Positions 40,974-50,547 of a stretch of 64,000 nucleotides of DNA are shown here, piece by piece; the stretch's first letter is position 1, and each line of letters begins with the position of its first letter. Under the pieces are notes generated by a model, which saw nothing but the letters and a program-made list of their open reading frames with translations, ran no database searches and was not told the DNA's origin. The stretch is from Bacteroidia bacterium. Lineage in GTDB: Bacteria; Bacteroidota; Bacteroidia; UKL13-3. The stretch lies in the NCBI GenBank assembly GCA_046296495.1, contig JBKBLB010000019.1, positions 4,312 to 68,311 on the forward strand, given 5' to 3'. A program made the translations under genes and the position numbers.

Positions 40974-41909
40974 CTAAACAGACATTTCCAATTGCTCAAC
41001 AACATTTTGTTTTAGTGCAAATATTGTAATTTGTTTTACCAACCTTTCGTAATTTATACCATTAAAATTACATATTCGGGGTAAGAAACTTTTTTCCGGC
41101 TCAAGGTTTGGCATGGCATTTACATCGAGAACGAAAATGGTGTTGTTGTAAACTTTAAAATCGGTTCGCGAAAGGCCTTTTAGTCCGATTAGTTTATGCA
41201 ATTGCAGTAATTTGGTTTTTATTTCATTAAGTAATTCTAAGTTCAATTCCGGTTTAAAACAAAGTTGCTTTGGCTGGCCACTGCCAAGTATAAAAAATTC
41301 ATTATTGGTGTCGGGTACAATTTCTACGGGGTTTAAGCATATTTCAAAATCACCTGTTTCATTTGGAATAATGGCTGCCGTAAATTCTCGCCCTTTAATA
41401 AAATCCTGAACCAAATAATCATTGTGTTGCAGGTAATGAAGCGGCACATTACCGTTTTTAAACACGTGAATATCGCGGTGCATACTTCCAAAACGGGGTT
41501 TTACTATCATGGGCAGGTTACTGCATAAAACTTCTGCATCTTCAATTATTTGTGGCGAGTTTAAACCAACCTGTTTACACAATTGGGGCAAAAGCAATTT
41601 ATCTTGAGCAAGTAACTGTGCAATATGGCTGCTTGCCGAGTGTGGTATTTCATTATCATCTAGCCATTTGCAAACATCGGTTTGTTGCAGGTTATCGTAG
41701 CCGTAACAAACATTAAAAACCATTTCAAAACGCTTCAGCAGCCTTGCAAATTCGTTTGTAAAACCTGCAAAATGAATTACCGAAACATCAAATTTTAAAG
41801 ATAGCGATTCAATGATTTTACTAATCATATTTGCCGAAACATTTTCATTCCATGGCGTAAAATCGCTGTGGGTATATAATACGGCAACACGTTGCCTTTG
41901 TGCTTGCAT
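40974..41909 (-). CDS. ATP-grasp protein, D-Ala-D-Ala-ligase-like, non-canonical
   Basis: MIVKPRFGSMHRDI and LDVNAMPNL resemble the Ddl-type ATP-grasp core. The canonical Ddl N-terminal GG.SxE..VS motif is absent. Confidence 0.55.
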   Translation of the reverse strand: MQAQRQRVAVLYTHSDFTPWNENVSANMISKIIESLSLKFDVSVIHFAGFTNEFARLLKRFEMVFNVCYGYDNLQQTDVCKWLDDNEIPHSASSHIAQLLAQDKLLLPQLCKQVGLNSPQIIEDAEVLCSNLPMIVKPRFGSMHRDIHVFKNGNVPLHYLQHNDYLVQDFIKGREFTAAIIPNETGDFEICLNPVEIVPDTNNEFFILGSGQPKQLCFKPELNLELLNEIKTKLLQLHKLIGLKGLSRTDFKVYNNTIFVLDVNAMPNLEPEKSFLPRICNFNGINYERLVKQITIFALKQNVVEQLEMSV

Positions 41910-42189
41910 GGCACAAATGTTTGGTAAAACCTTTTTTGCAAGGTAAACCTTGTGTTATTTTATCTTTAACAAATTGCATAATAAAACATACAGTTTAACC
42001 ATATCAGTACAAATAACGATTAATTTCCATTAAAAATCAGTCAATTATTATATCGTCATTTTTTTATATAGCATTTAAAATTTAACAAAAAATTAACACA
42101 CTTTTTAAAACAATGTAAATAGACCGCAGCCCTAACATTTACTTAACACGCGGGCATTATCCTTGAACAAAATTTCAAAAAAAATCTTT

Positions 42190-45100
42190 ATGAAACTAAA
42201 AAAACAATTTATCTACTTTATTACATTTTTACTATGCCTTTTGTTGAACCAAAGTTGGGGGCAGGTTAGTATTACAACACAAGCAACTTATCAAGAATCT
42301 TTTGATGGAATGGGCACATCTGGAACTGCTACATTACCAACTGGTTTTAAATTTGGTAATAACACAACTGATTGGACAGCAGGGGCAAACACAACTGCAA
42401 CAACTTTAGCTTACGGTACAACTGGAACAGGAGCTGTTACTGGAACTTCTAGTGGTGGTGCAATTAATTGGGCCAACGGTATAACAGGTAGTTCTACTGA
42501 AAGAGCAATAGGATATTTGACAACTAGTTCATTTTCGAGCCCTAGAGACATATTTTTTGCATTTACAAATAACACAGGTAGTACAATAAGCACATTAATT
42601 ATTAGTTGGGATTATGAAAAATACAGAAGTGGCTCAAGAGCATTTGACTGGACATTTTTTCATGGAAGTACAGCATCAAGTGTTAGTACATCTGCTACTG
42701 CAGGCGACCAAAGTTACAGTGCAGATGCAGATAATAATACAATCAATAATCCACCTACTATAATTAATAAAGCTGTTCTATTAACCGGTTTAAGCATAGG
42801 AAATGGTACTACATATTACTTTAGATGGAGATATGCAGGATCAGGTGGTTCAACAAATGCACAAGGATTGGCAATAGATAATTTAACATTAACATTTCCT
42901 CAAAACATACCCTATTCACAGAATTTTGGAACTACATCTTTTACAACTTATCCAGCAGGTTTTTACGGAAGATTGCAGGATGGAAGTTCAGTAAGCAGCC
43001 AATCTGCCGCTGAAGCAACAACACCTGTTGGTGGTATGGCTTTACTTGCTGCACAATCAGGCGCTTTCGGTTCAGAACCTTCCGGTGGTTTAAGAGGATT
43101 CGCTGTTTCTTCAAACGGACAATTAGCTATTTCAACTGCTAATAGCACAACTTCTGGATTAAATCAACCATTTTTAACTATTAATACAGGTTCAAATACT
43201 TCTTTGAATATTTCTTATGATGTTGAAATATTATTTTCTGGAAGTAGAACTATGGGACATGCTTTACAATACAGAACCGGAGTTTCTGGTTCATGGACAA
43301 CAGTTAGTGCTACTGCTACTAATATTGGCTCTAGCCCAATATTAAATTCGACAACCAGCATTTCAACTTCTCTAAGTGGTCTTTCAACAAACACTAATTA
43401 TCAATTTCGCTGGATAACATGGAGGGACCATGGTTCTGGTACTACTAATACATCTATTGGTATTGATAATATTTCATTTACTGCAGGAGCTACCCCAACC
43501 ATTACCCTAAACAACAACACCCAAATTACGGCTGGCAATGTAAACCAAGGTACTACCGACCATATTCTTTCTCGCTTTAGGGTTGAAGTTGCCACTGCAA
43601 ACGCCACTTTAAACCAAATTAGCTTTACTGCAGGAGGCACTTTTATTGCCGGTGATATTACCAATTTTAAATTATATACCTCAACCACCAATACTTTTCC
43701 GGGTGGCACACCGCTTGCTACCGTTAGTGCCGGCAGCATTGCCAATGGCGGAACCGTAACTTTCAGTTCATTATCTCAAAGTTGTGCCATTGGCGACCGC
43801 TATTTTTGGATTACTGCCGATGTTTCGGCTACCGCAACTGCTTCAAACACCGTTAGTGTTCCATCGCTTGGCGCTTCTAATTTTACTTTTGCCGCAGGTA
43901 TGCCTACCGGAACCATTGATGCCGGTGGCGCTCAAACCTTTGTAGTGGTTACACCCAATATTGTTTTAAGCTCTCCGGCTGCTTCATCAGCAGATATTAC
44001 CCAAGGACAAAACAATCAGGTAATTTATCGTTTTGATTTGGCTGTTACCGTTGCCAATGCCTCACTAAACGGAGTTACCGTTACTACTGCCGGAACTTAT
44101 GCTGCTGCCGACCTTACCAATATTAAATGCTGGTACTCGGCTGATAATTCGTTTGATGCAGGTACAGATGTATTGCTTTCTACCAAAACTACCGGCTTAG
44201 GAGCGGGCTCGCAGGTGTTTCCATCATTTACTTCTCAAACCATCAATTCAGGTTCTACAGGCTTTATATTTATTACGGTTGATTTGCCTTTAACAGCCAC
44301 ATCGGGCAATACCATTTCGGTAAATGCCATAACCACAGCCGATATTTCGTTTGTAAGCGGCAGCAAATCTGGTACTGCCAACACAAGTGGCACCAAAACC
44401 ATTATAGCTTGTACACCTACCAATGTTACTGGCTTAAGTTTAACTCCCGGCAACGGTCAAATTACCGTTAGCTGGACCAACCCAAGTTGTATGGATGACG
44501 TGGTTATTGCAGTTCATACAGCATCTATTTCTGCTTCGCCAAGCGGTGTGCCTACCATTAGTTCTTTATCATACACCGATGGTGCAAACCCAACCCTAAC
44601 GGGTGGGGCGGTTTTGGTTTACAGAGGTTCTACTTCGCCTCAAACCATTACAAGTTTAACCAACGGCACAACCTATTTTGTAAAAGTATTTACCAGAAGA
44701 GGAACTGTTTACAGCTCAGGTGTTGAATCGAGTGCTACGCCATCAAACATTACCGTGGGTGATTATCGTTCAAACAAAGCAACGGGAAACTGGGGTACTG
44801 CTGCCGACTGGGATACATGGAATGGAACATCATGGGTTACTGCCTCTTCTGCACCAACATCAACAACCAATGTAACTGTACAAAATGGTCATACATACAC
44901 TATACCGGGCTCAGGCACTCTTGAGTGTAATAACCTTACGGTTGATGCTGGCGGTAAATTATTTTATAATACTACCGGTGTAAGATATATTAGTATAAAC
45001 GGAAATATTACTTGTAACGGAACAATTGGAAACGGTACCACCCTTGATGGTATCAGTTTTAATATAAATGGTGCCTCTTGTACAATTAGCGGCTCCGGAA

Positions 45101-47316
45101 GCTTTGATTGTTTAAGGTTGAGAAAAAACAGTACTACTCCCGCAACAACTAACTTAACAATTTCAATGAATGTTAACGCCAGATTTAATGGTACTGCCAT
45201 ATACAATGAAGTTGCGGCTACTTTTAATGTTACAATAGCCTCGGGAGTTACCGTAACCTGCCCGGGAGACGGTACAAGTAACTCAAGAGGAAGTGTATCT
45301 ATAGACGGAACCGAAGGTACCGGTTCAGGAGAAAGGTCAGGTACATTAACCGTAAATGGAACTTTAACTTTATCGGGTACTGGAACCGGAACTGCTACCT
45401 TGTTTGCTAAAACAAACAATTCAACCGGTGCAGTTGCCATAGTTATTGCAAGTACAGGAACCATAAACACTAATATGGTAGATTTTGGCGCAAGCAGTGC
45501 AGCCGGACATACCTTTACCATTAATAGCGGTGGCATATTAAATATAACAGGCGAACCTGCAACTTTTATCACACCTTCAAATACCAATAATACTTACAGT
45601 TTTAATGCTAACTCAAACATAAACTATTCAAGAGCGGGCGATCAAACAATTTATACATTTGGAGAAACTGTATTTTGCGGAAATATTACTTTAAGCGGTA
45701 GCGGTGTTAAAAAAGTTCCTGCCGGCAGAACTTTAAACTTTAACGGAACTCTAACAACCGGTGGATTACTTACTTTAGAATCTACCTCGTCAGGAACTGC
45801 CAGAATTGGCGCTCTAACAACAGGCACCATTACAGGCAACGTAACCATTGAGCGTTTTATTCCTTCGAGCGTGCGTGCATGGCGCTACATGGCTGCGCCT
45901 TTTACAACCGGCCCTACCGTGGCAAGCAGTTGGCAGCAACAAATACACATAACCGGAAACGGCACAGGCGGTACCAATTGCCCTTCGTTAACCCAACATA
46001 CCAATGGTTTTGATGCCAGCGTACTAAACAATCCAAGCATGATGACCTTTAATGAAACCGTTGCAACTTCAACCAACAGTTTTGTAAACGGCTACCAAAG
46101 TATTGCAAATACCAATGCAACCAATTTAACTGCCGGCACAGGCTACATAGTTTTTGTTAGGGGTGCCAGAAGCCAGGGTTGCGCTTTGCTTGACGGTACA
46201 AACCCTACACCAAGTGCAGTTACAATTAGCGCAACAGGTGCGGTTCATCAAGGAACTTTTAATTTTACCGGCATTACTTATACGGCTGCCAACGGACAAG
46301 GATGGAATTTGGTTGGAAACCCCTTCCCAAGTAATATCAATTGGGATGCAAGCGGTTGGACAAGATCCAATATTGACGGAACTGTATATTTATATGTACC
46401 TGCCACCAATACTTTTACAAGCTGGAACGGAACAACCGGTACTAACGGAGCAACCGATGGTATTATACCTTCAAGCGGTGCTTTCTTTATCAAAGCCAAT
46501 GCATCATCTCCGGCCATGTCTATTACCGAAAACGTAAAAACGGCTTCAAATCCGGGTTTAGGCTTGTTTAAAAAACACGAGTTGGATAATGCCATTGAAA
46601 TTGCTTTCAGAAACACAACCGGTGCGGTTGACGAAACAAAAATTGTGTTCAGCAAATTTTATGAAAATAAATATGGCGATGATTTTGATGGAGAAAAACT
46701 TCACAACCTGAATAACTTAAATATATACTCTATTGTAGAAGCCAACACACCAAATGCTAAAAAATGTGTATTTAACGGGCTTGAACCTATAGAACCGGGC
46801 AACTCAACCGTTATTCCGCTTGGCATTACAACTCCAGCAAATGGAAATTATATTTTAAGTATAAATGTTGAAAAAATAGCCGAAAAACATGTTGTATGGT
46901 TGGTTGACCACTATTTAAAAACCCAAACTTTGCTTACCGGTACATTAAACATTCCGGTTACCATAAACAGCGACCCTGCCAGCAAAGGCGACAGCCGCTT
47001 TGAAATTGTGGTAAAACATGAATTAAATGTATTGAGCGAACCCATTGTAAATGCCACTAACAATACAGTATTTAATGTTTATCCGAACCCGGCTGCCAAT
47101 GTATTAAACATAGCTGCAACCTATACCAGCGGCAATGCTGTAACCGTAAACATTTACGATGCATTTGGCAAAAAAGTATTGCAGCACATACTTGAACCAA
47201 AAGCAGGCAATACCGCAAACGGCAGCATGGAAATAAGCAACCTGCAGGCCGGAACCTACTTTGTTGAAGTAAGCAACGGAGAAACCAAAAACATTTTTAA
47301 AACCATTAAATACTAA
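42190..47316 (+). CDS. giant secreted protein (1708 aa) with a type-A T9SS C-terminal sorting domain
   Basis: Signal peptide MKLKKQFIYFITFLLCLLLNQSWGQ and Thr/Ser/Gly/Asn-rich beta-type sequence. The C-terminus FNVYPNPAANVLNI...GTYFVEVSNGETKNIFKTIKY is a typical T9SS CTD. Confidence 0.85.
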   Translation: MKLKKQFIYFITFLLCLLLNQSWGQVSITTQATYQESFDGMGTSGTATLPTGFKFGNNTTDWTAGANTTATTLAYGTTGTGAVTGTSSGGAINWANGITGSSTERAIGYLTTSSFSSPRDIFFAFTNNTGSTISTLIISWDYEKYRSGSRAFDWTFFHGSTASSVSTSATAGDQSYSADADNNTINNPPTIINKAVLLTGLSIGNGTTYYFRWRYAGSGGSTNAQGLAIDNLTLTFPQNIPYSQNFGTTSFTTYPAGFYGRLQDGSSVSSQSAAEATTPVGGMALLAAQSGAFGSEPSGGLRGFAVSSNGQLAISTANSTTSGLNQPFLTINTGSNTSLNISYDVEILFSGSRTMGHALQYRTGVSGSWTTVSATATNIGSSPILNSTTSISTSLSGLSTNTNYQFRWITWRDHGSGTTNTSIGIDNISFTAGATPTITLNNNTQITAGNVNQGTTDHILSRFRVEVATANATLNQISFTAGGTFIAGDITNFKLYTSTTNTFPGGTPLATVSAGSIANGGTVTFSSLSQSCAIGDRYFWITADVSATATASNTVSVPSLGASNFTFAAGMPTGTIDAGGAQTFVVVTPNIVLSSPAASSADITQGQNNQVIYRFDLAVTVANASLNGVTVTTAGTYAAADLTNIKCWYSADNSFDAGTDVLLSTKTTGLGAGSQVFPSFTSQTINSGSTGFIFITVDLPLTATSGNTISVNAITTADISFVSGSKSGTANTSGTKTIIACTPTNVTGLSLTPGNGQITVSWTNPSCMDDVVIAVHTASISASPSGVPTISSLSYTDGANPTLTGGAVLVYRGSTSPQTITSLTNGTTYFVKVFTRRGTVYSSGVESSATPSNITVGDYRSNKATGNWGTAADWDTWNGTSWVTASSAPTSTTNVTVQNGHTYTIPGSGTLECNNLTVDAGGKLFYNTTGVRYISINGNITCNGTIGNGTTLDGISFNINGASCTISGSGSFDCLRLRKNSTTPATTNLTISMNVNARFNGTAIYNEVAATFNVTIASGVTVTCPGDGTSNSRGSVSIDGTEGTGSGERSGTLTVNGTLTLSGTGTGTATLFAKTNNSTGAVAIVIASTGTINTNMVDFGASSAAGHTFTINSGGILNITGEPATFITPSNTNNTYSFNANSNINYSRAGDQTIYTFGETVFCGNITLSGSGVKKVPAGRTLNFNGTLTTGGLLTLESTSSGTARIGALTTGTITGNVTIERFIPSSVRAWRYMAAPFTTGPTVASSWQQQIHITGNGTGGTNCPSLTQHTNGFDASVLNNPSMMTFNETVATSTNSFVNGYQSIANTNATNLTAGTGYIVFVRGARSQGCALLDGTNPTPSAVTISATGAVHQGTFNFTGITYTAANGQGWNLVGNPFPSNINWDASGWTRSNIDGTVYLYVPATNTFTSWNGTTGTNGATDGIIPSSGAFFIKANASSPAMSITENVKTASNPGLGLFKKHELDNAIEIAFRNTTGAVDETKIVFSKFYENKYGDDFDGEKLHNLNNLNIYSIVEANTPNAKKCVFNGLEPIEPGNSTVIPLGITTPANGNYILSINVEKIAEKHVVWLVDHYLKTQTLLTGTLNIPVTINSDPASKGDSRFEIVVKHELNVLSEPIVNATNNTVFNVYPNPAANVLNIAATYTSGNAVTVNIYDAFGKKVLQHILEPKAGNTANGSMEISNLQAGTYFVEVSNGETKNIFKTIKY

Positions 47317-47337
47317 ATCTTCTACCCAAACAATATC

Positions 47338-47946
47338 ATGAAAAAGATAAATTTAACCATTGCTCTTGTAGCCATACTGCTAATAAATGCCAAGGCAAAC
47401 ATGGCGCAAAACCTGTCGTTTAGAGAACAATTGCTTGAAGCATTGTATGGCGATGAAAGTTATGAACCCCAACGCTATGAAGATGAGGGAAACGAAGACG
47501 GCTTTTTTAACGACATGAACCAAAGCCGCTTTGCGAGCAGTTACAAAAGCAGCTACGAGCGTACTGATTACAGAATTGAAAACAGAAGAAACTTTGATTT
47601 TAACAGAAATACTCCTTCGTCAGGATATAATTTTAACGAACAATCATTTGATTTTTCTTCACCCCGAAATTACGGCAATGGCGGTGGCGCTGCTGGTGCC
47701 GGTGGTTTTGAACCTGTAACCATAAACCCGGGCAATTCTGCCGGAACCATAAACCAAGGTGGTAGTATTGGCATTGCCCCTTTTGAGCCGCCCAAACGCA
47801 GAGATGTAACCCCCGAAAATTCTCCCGGCCTACCCGGAGACCCTGATGTACCCGTTGATGGTGGCATTGTAGCCCTGCTTGCAGCCGGTGCCGCCTACGG
47901 AGCAAAGAGAAAATTTAAAAAAAATAATAAAAATTTACATATATGA
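47338..47946 (+). CDS. secreted low-complexity protein with a P-V-D-G-G + TM + KRK C-terminal tail
   Basis: Signal peptide (..AKANMA), an N/F/Y/G/D/E/R-rich body, and C-terminus DVPVDGGIVALLAAGAAYGAKRKFKK. Lies 21 nt after the upstream gene, and its stop overlaps the next start (ATGA). Confidence 0.7.
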   Translation: MKKINLTIALVAILLINAKANMAQNLSFREQLLEALYGDESYEPQRYEDEGNEDGFFNDMNQSRFASSYKSSYERTDYRIENRRNFDFNRNTPSSGYNFNEQSFDFSSPRNYGNGGGAAGAGGFEPVTINPGNSAGTINQGGSIGIAPFEPPKRRDVTPENSPGLPGDPDVPVDGGIVALLAAGAAYGAKRKFKKNNKNLHI

Positions 47947-50528
47947 AAAAAAATAATTTAGCATTAACAATTTTAAATCTTATTGTTATATTCGGATTAG
48001 TTAACAATAAAGCAAAATGTCAAATTCTTTTTCAAGACTTTTCGTCATCAACAACTGTAAGTGATTATGTTAATTCTTCTCCAAATTCAAACCAATTTAA
48101 TTCAATTAGTACATCGGGTACTGGAACTGTTATTTCAATCAATACCGGTCAATTGAGATTTGTAAGAACTGGTAATGCCGGTTCAATAAGTAGGACGACT
48201 GATTTTACTGGAAGTCCATCATCTTTGGTTGTTAGAATGCAACTTAATGTTCCTTCTAGTTCAGGTGCTACAACTTCTGCCGCTGTTTTTCAAATTGGTT
48301 CTGGTTTTACCACAAGTAATTCAGCCGAAAGTAATGCAAATACTCATTCAAGATTTGCTATTAATATTGGATCAACCAGTGGTCAATTTTCATTAAGAGA
48401 TATTAATGCTAGCGTAAACGGCACTACAACTTTATCAACATCAACTTTAATTACTTGGGTTATAAACAACTCAGGAGCATCAATTACCTATAGGGCTCCA
48501 AACGGTAATCAGGAAACGGTAGCCGATGACACATGGGATTTATGGATAGGTACTACAAAAGAATTTAATGATAGAGGAGCTACAACTACCTCTCAAAGTT
48601 TAGCAGACTTTAAATTTGCTTTTACTAGTGGTAGTGCAACTATTGATATTGATAATATTTCTGCAGATCCTTTGTCAATTATAAATAGCTTCAGAACATC
48701 TAGTGTAAATTCTACATGGACTAACTCTTCTGATTGGGAAATTTCAAATGATGGAAGTAACTGGACTTCTTCTTCAGTTATTCCAACTGTTAATTCACAC
48801 TCAATTTTAGTTAGAAATGGTCATGTTCTAACAATCCCTGGTCAATCAACTTCGACAACTTTTTTTGTAGATGATATATCAATTGAAAGCGGTGGCACAT
48901 TGAATGTTGGCAATTTAAATGATGTTTCGGATAATAATAATAATTTGGTGTTATACGTACATAATGGTGTCTCAACAAATGATGTCAACATTGATGGTAG
49001 TTTAATTGTTAATGAAAATGCAACTATAAGAACTAGAGGAACAATTAATAATAATTCTGTTTTTAGATTAGTTTCTTCTGACAAGGGTGATGCAAGAATT
49101 GGTGATTCTAAAGACGGTACATTTTCTGGTTCAATAACCGTGCAACGCTATTTGCCATCACGCAGGGCATTCAGGTTTTTGGCAAGCCCTGTTACCACAT
49201 CAAACTTTATAAGCAACAACTGGCAACAACAAACCCATATTACCGGAACCGGTGGTGCAAGCAACGGCTTTGATGCAAGCACATTAAACAATAACTCTAT
49301 GTTTACCTTAAACGAATCCACTCAAAGCTGGACGGCTATACCCAATACCAATGCAACCAATTTACAGCAAGGTGTAGGATACAGAATTTTAATAAGAGGC
49401 GACAGAACCGTAGATTTAACAAGCAATACAGCCACACCAACCGCGGTAACCCTTTCGGCCACCGGCACACACACAACCGGAGATAAAACATACAATACTT
49501 CATCTACTCCGGCTATTTCGGGCACTACCAACAACTATACCTTTTTAGGCAATCCGTTTCCATCTTCAATAGATTGGAATGCTGTTTCGAGAACCAATGT
49601 ATCAAGCACTTATTATACCTGGAGAGCTCAAGGCGGCACAAACAATCGTGGCGCTTACGTAAACTTTAATGCTACCGGAAACGTAAGTTCTGATGGCAAT
49701 ATCAATCAATACATTGGTTCAGGCCAAGGTTTTATGATACAAACAACCGGAGCTTCACCATCCATAACAATTGAAGAAGCCGATAAGGTTTCAAACGCTC
49801 AAGGCAACCAAATTAGAGGAAAATCAAGCAATCCAAACACGCTTAGAATAAATGTTTTTGAAGATGATTCAATTTTTGCCGATGGTTTTGTAATTTATCA
49901 AAACAATAATGCCAAAGATGAATACGAAGAATACGACTCGGAAAAATGGATTAATCCGGGATTGACCATGTACTCGTTAACGGCTGATAATAAAAAAGTT
50001 TCTATTCAAGGTTTTAAAACACTTACCATTGACAGGGTTATTGAACTTGGAATAGAAAAAACCGAAAAAACCAATTATAAATTAGAGTTTACCGAATTTG
50101 ATAATTTGCTGCTTGACCCTTATTTGATTGACAGGTTTACCAATACCGAAACCGATATAAAACGCAATCCGGTTTACCGATTTAATGTAAACGAGAATGC
50201 AAATTCATCAGCCATTAACCGTTTTAGCATTGTGTTTAAAAATTCAGCTTCAACCGGTGTAAACGAAGCCATAAACAACAATCGTTTTGTGGTGTATCCA
50301 AATCCGGCTGTTGATGTTTTAAATATTCAGTCAATCAGCCAAAATGTTTCAAGCCAAATAGACTATGTGGTTTATAACCAAATAGGCGCCAACATGCAAA
50401 GCGGGAATTTGCAACTTGGCGCAAACAACCAGGCTGCCATAAACATAAACAACCTAAGCAATGGTGTGTATTTTATACAACTGCTTGATGCAAAAGGTGG
50501 CGTTCAAACAATTAAATTTATTAAATAA
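47943..50528 (+). CDS. secreted protein (861 aa) with a type-A T9SS C-terminal sorting domain, paralog of 42190-47316
   Basis: Signal peptide. Shares the central module (RFLASPVTT..NNWQQQTHITGTGG..NGFDAS) with the upstream giant. C-terminus is FVVYPNPAVDVLNI...GVYFIQLLDAKGGVQTIKFIK. Confidence 0.85.
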   Translation: MKKNNLALTILNLIVIFGLVNNKAKCQILFQDFSSSTTVSDYVNSSPNSNQFNSISTSGTGTVISINTGQLRFVRTGNAGSISRTTDFTGSPSSLVVRMQLNVPSSSGATTSAAVFQIGSGFTTSNSAESNANTHSRFAINIGSTSGQFSLRDINASVNGTTTLSTSTLITWVINNSGASITYRAPNGNQETVADDTWDLWIGTTKEFNDRGATTTSQSLADFKFAFTSGSATIDIDNISADPLSIINSFRTSSVNSTWTNSSDWEISNDGSNWTSSSVIPTVNSHSILVRNGHVLTIPGQSTSTTFFVDDISIESGGTLNVGNLNDVSDNNNNLVLYVHNGVSTNDVNIDGSLIVNENATIRTRGTINNNSVFRLVSSDKGDARIGDSKDGTFSGSITVQRYLPSRRAFRFLASPVTTSNFISNNWQQQTHITGTGGASNGFDASTLNNNSMFTLNESTQSWTAIPNTNATNLQQGVGYRILIRGDRTVDLTSNTATPTAVTLSATGTHTTGDKTYNTSSTPAISGTTNNYTFLGNPFPSSIDWNAVSRTNVSSTYYTWRAQGGTNNRGAYVNFNATGNVSSDGNINQYIGSGQGFMIQTTGASPSITIEEADKVSNAQGNQIRGKSSNPNTLRINVFEDDSIFADGFVIYQNNNAKDEYEEYDSEKWINPGLTMYSLTADNKKVSIQGFKTLTIDRVIELGIEKTEKTNYKLEFTEFDNLLLDPYLIDRFTNTETDIKRNPVYRFNVNENANSSAINRFSIVFKNSASTGVNEAINNNRFVVYPNPAVDVLNIQSISQNVSSQIDYVVYNQIGANMQSGNLQLGANNQAAININNLSNGVYFIQLLDAKGGVQTIKFIK

Positions 50529-50547
50529 CCAATAAAAAATAAATCAC

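Noticed and set aside
44964-45587. 207-aa ORF on the minus strand inside the giant T9SS gene. Similar antisense or alternative-frame ORFs lie at 42411-42593, 43401-43745, 44235-44453, 45651-45848, 46154-46537 and 46278-46655.
   Set aside because: These are shadow ORFs created by the stop-poor Thr/Gly/Ser/Asn codon composition of the sense frame. Their translations are monotonous V/P/L-rich strings without starts in good context. The sense frame has a signal peptide and a T9SS CTD.
47633-47905. Minus-strand ORFs (90 and 65 aa) and a +2-frame ORF inside the 202-aa low-complexity gene.
   Set aside because: They are artefacts of the GC-rich Gly/Ala/Pro codon runs. Only the chosen frame has a signal peptide and the conserved sorting tail.
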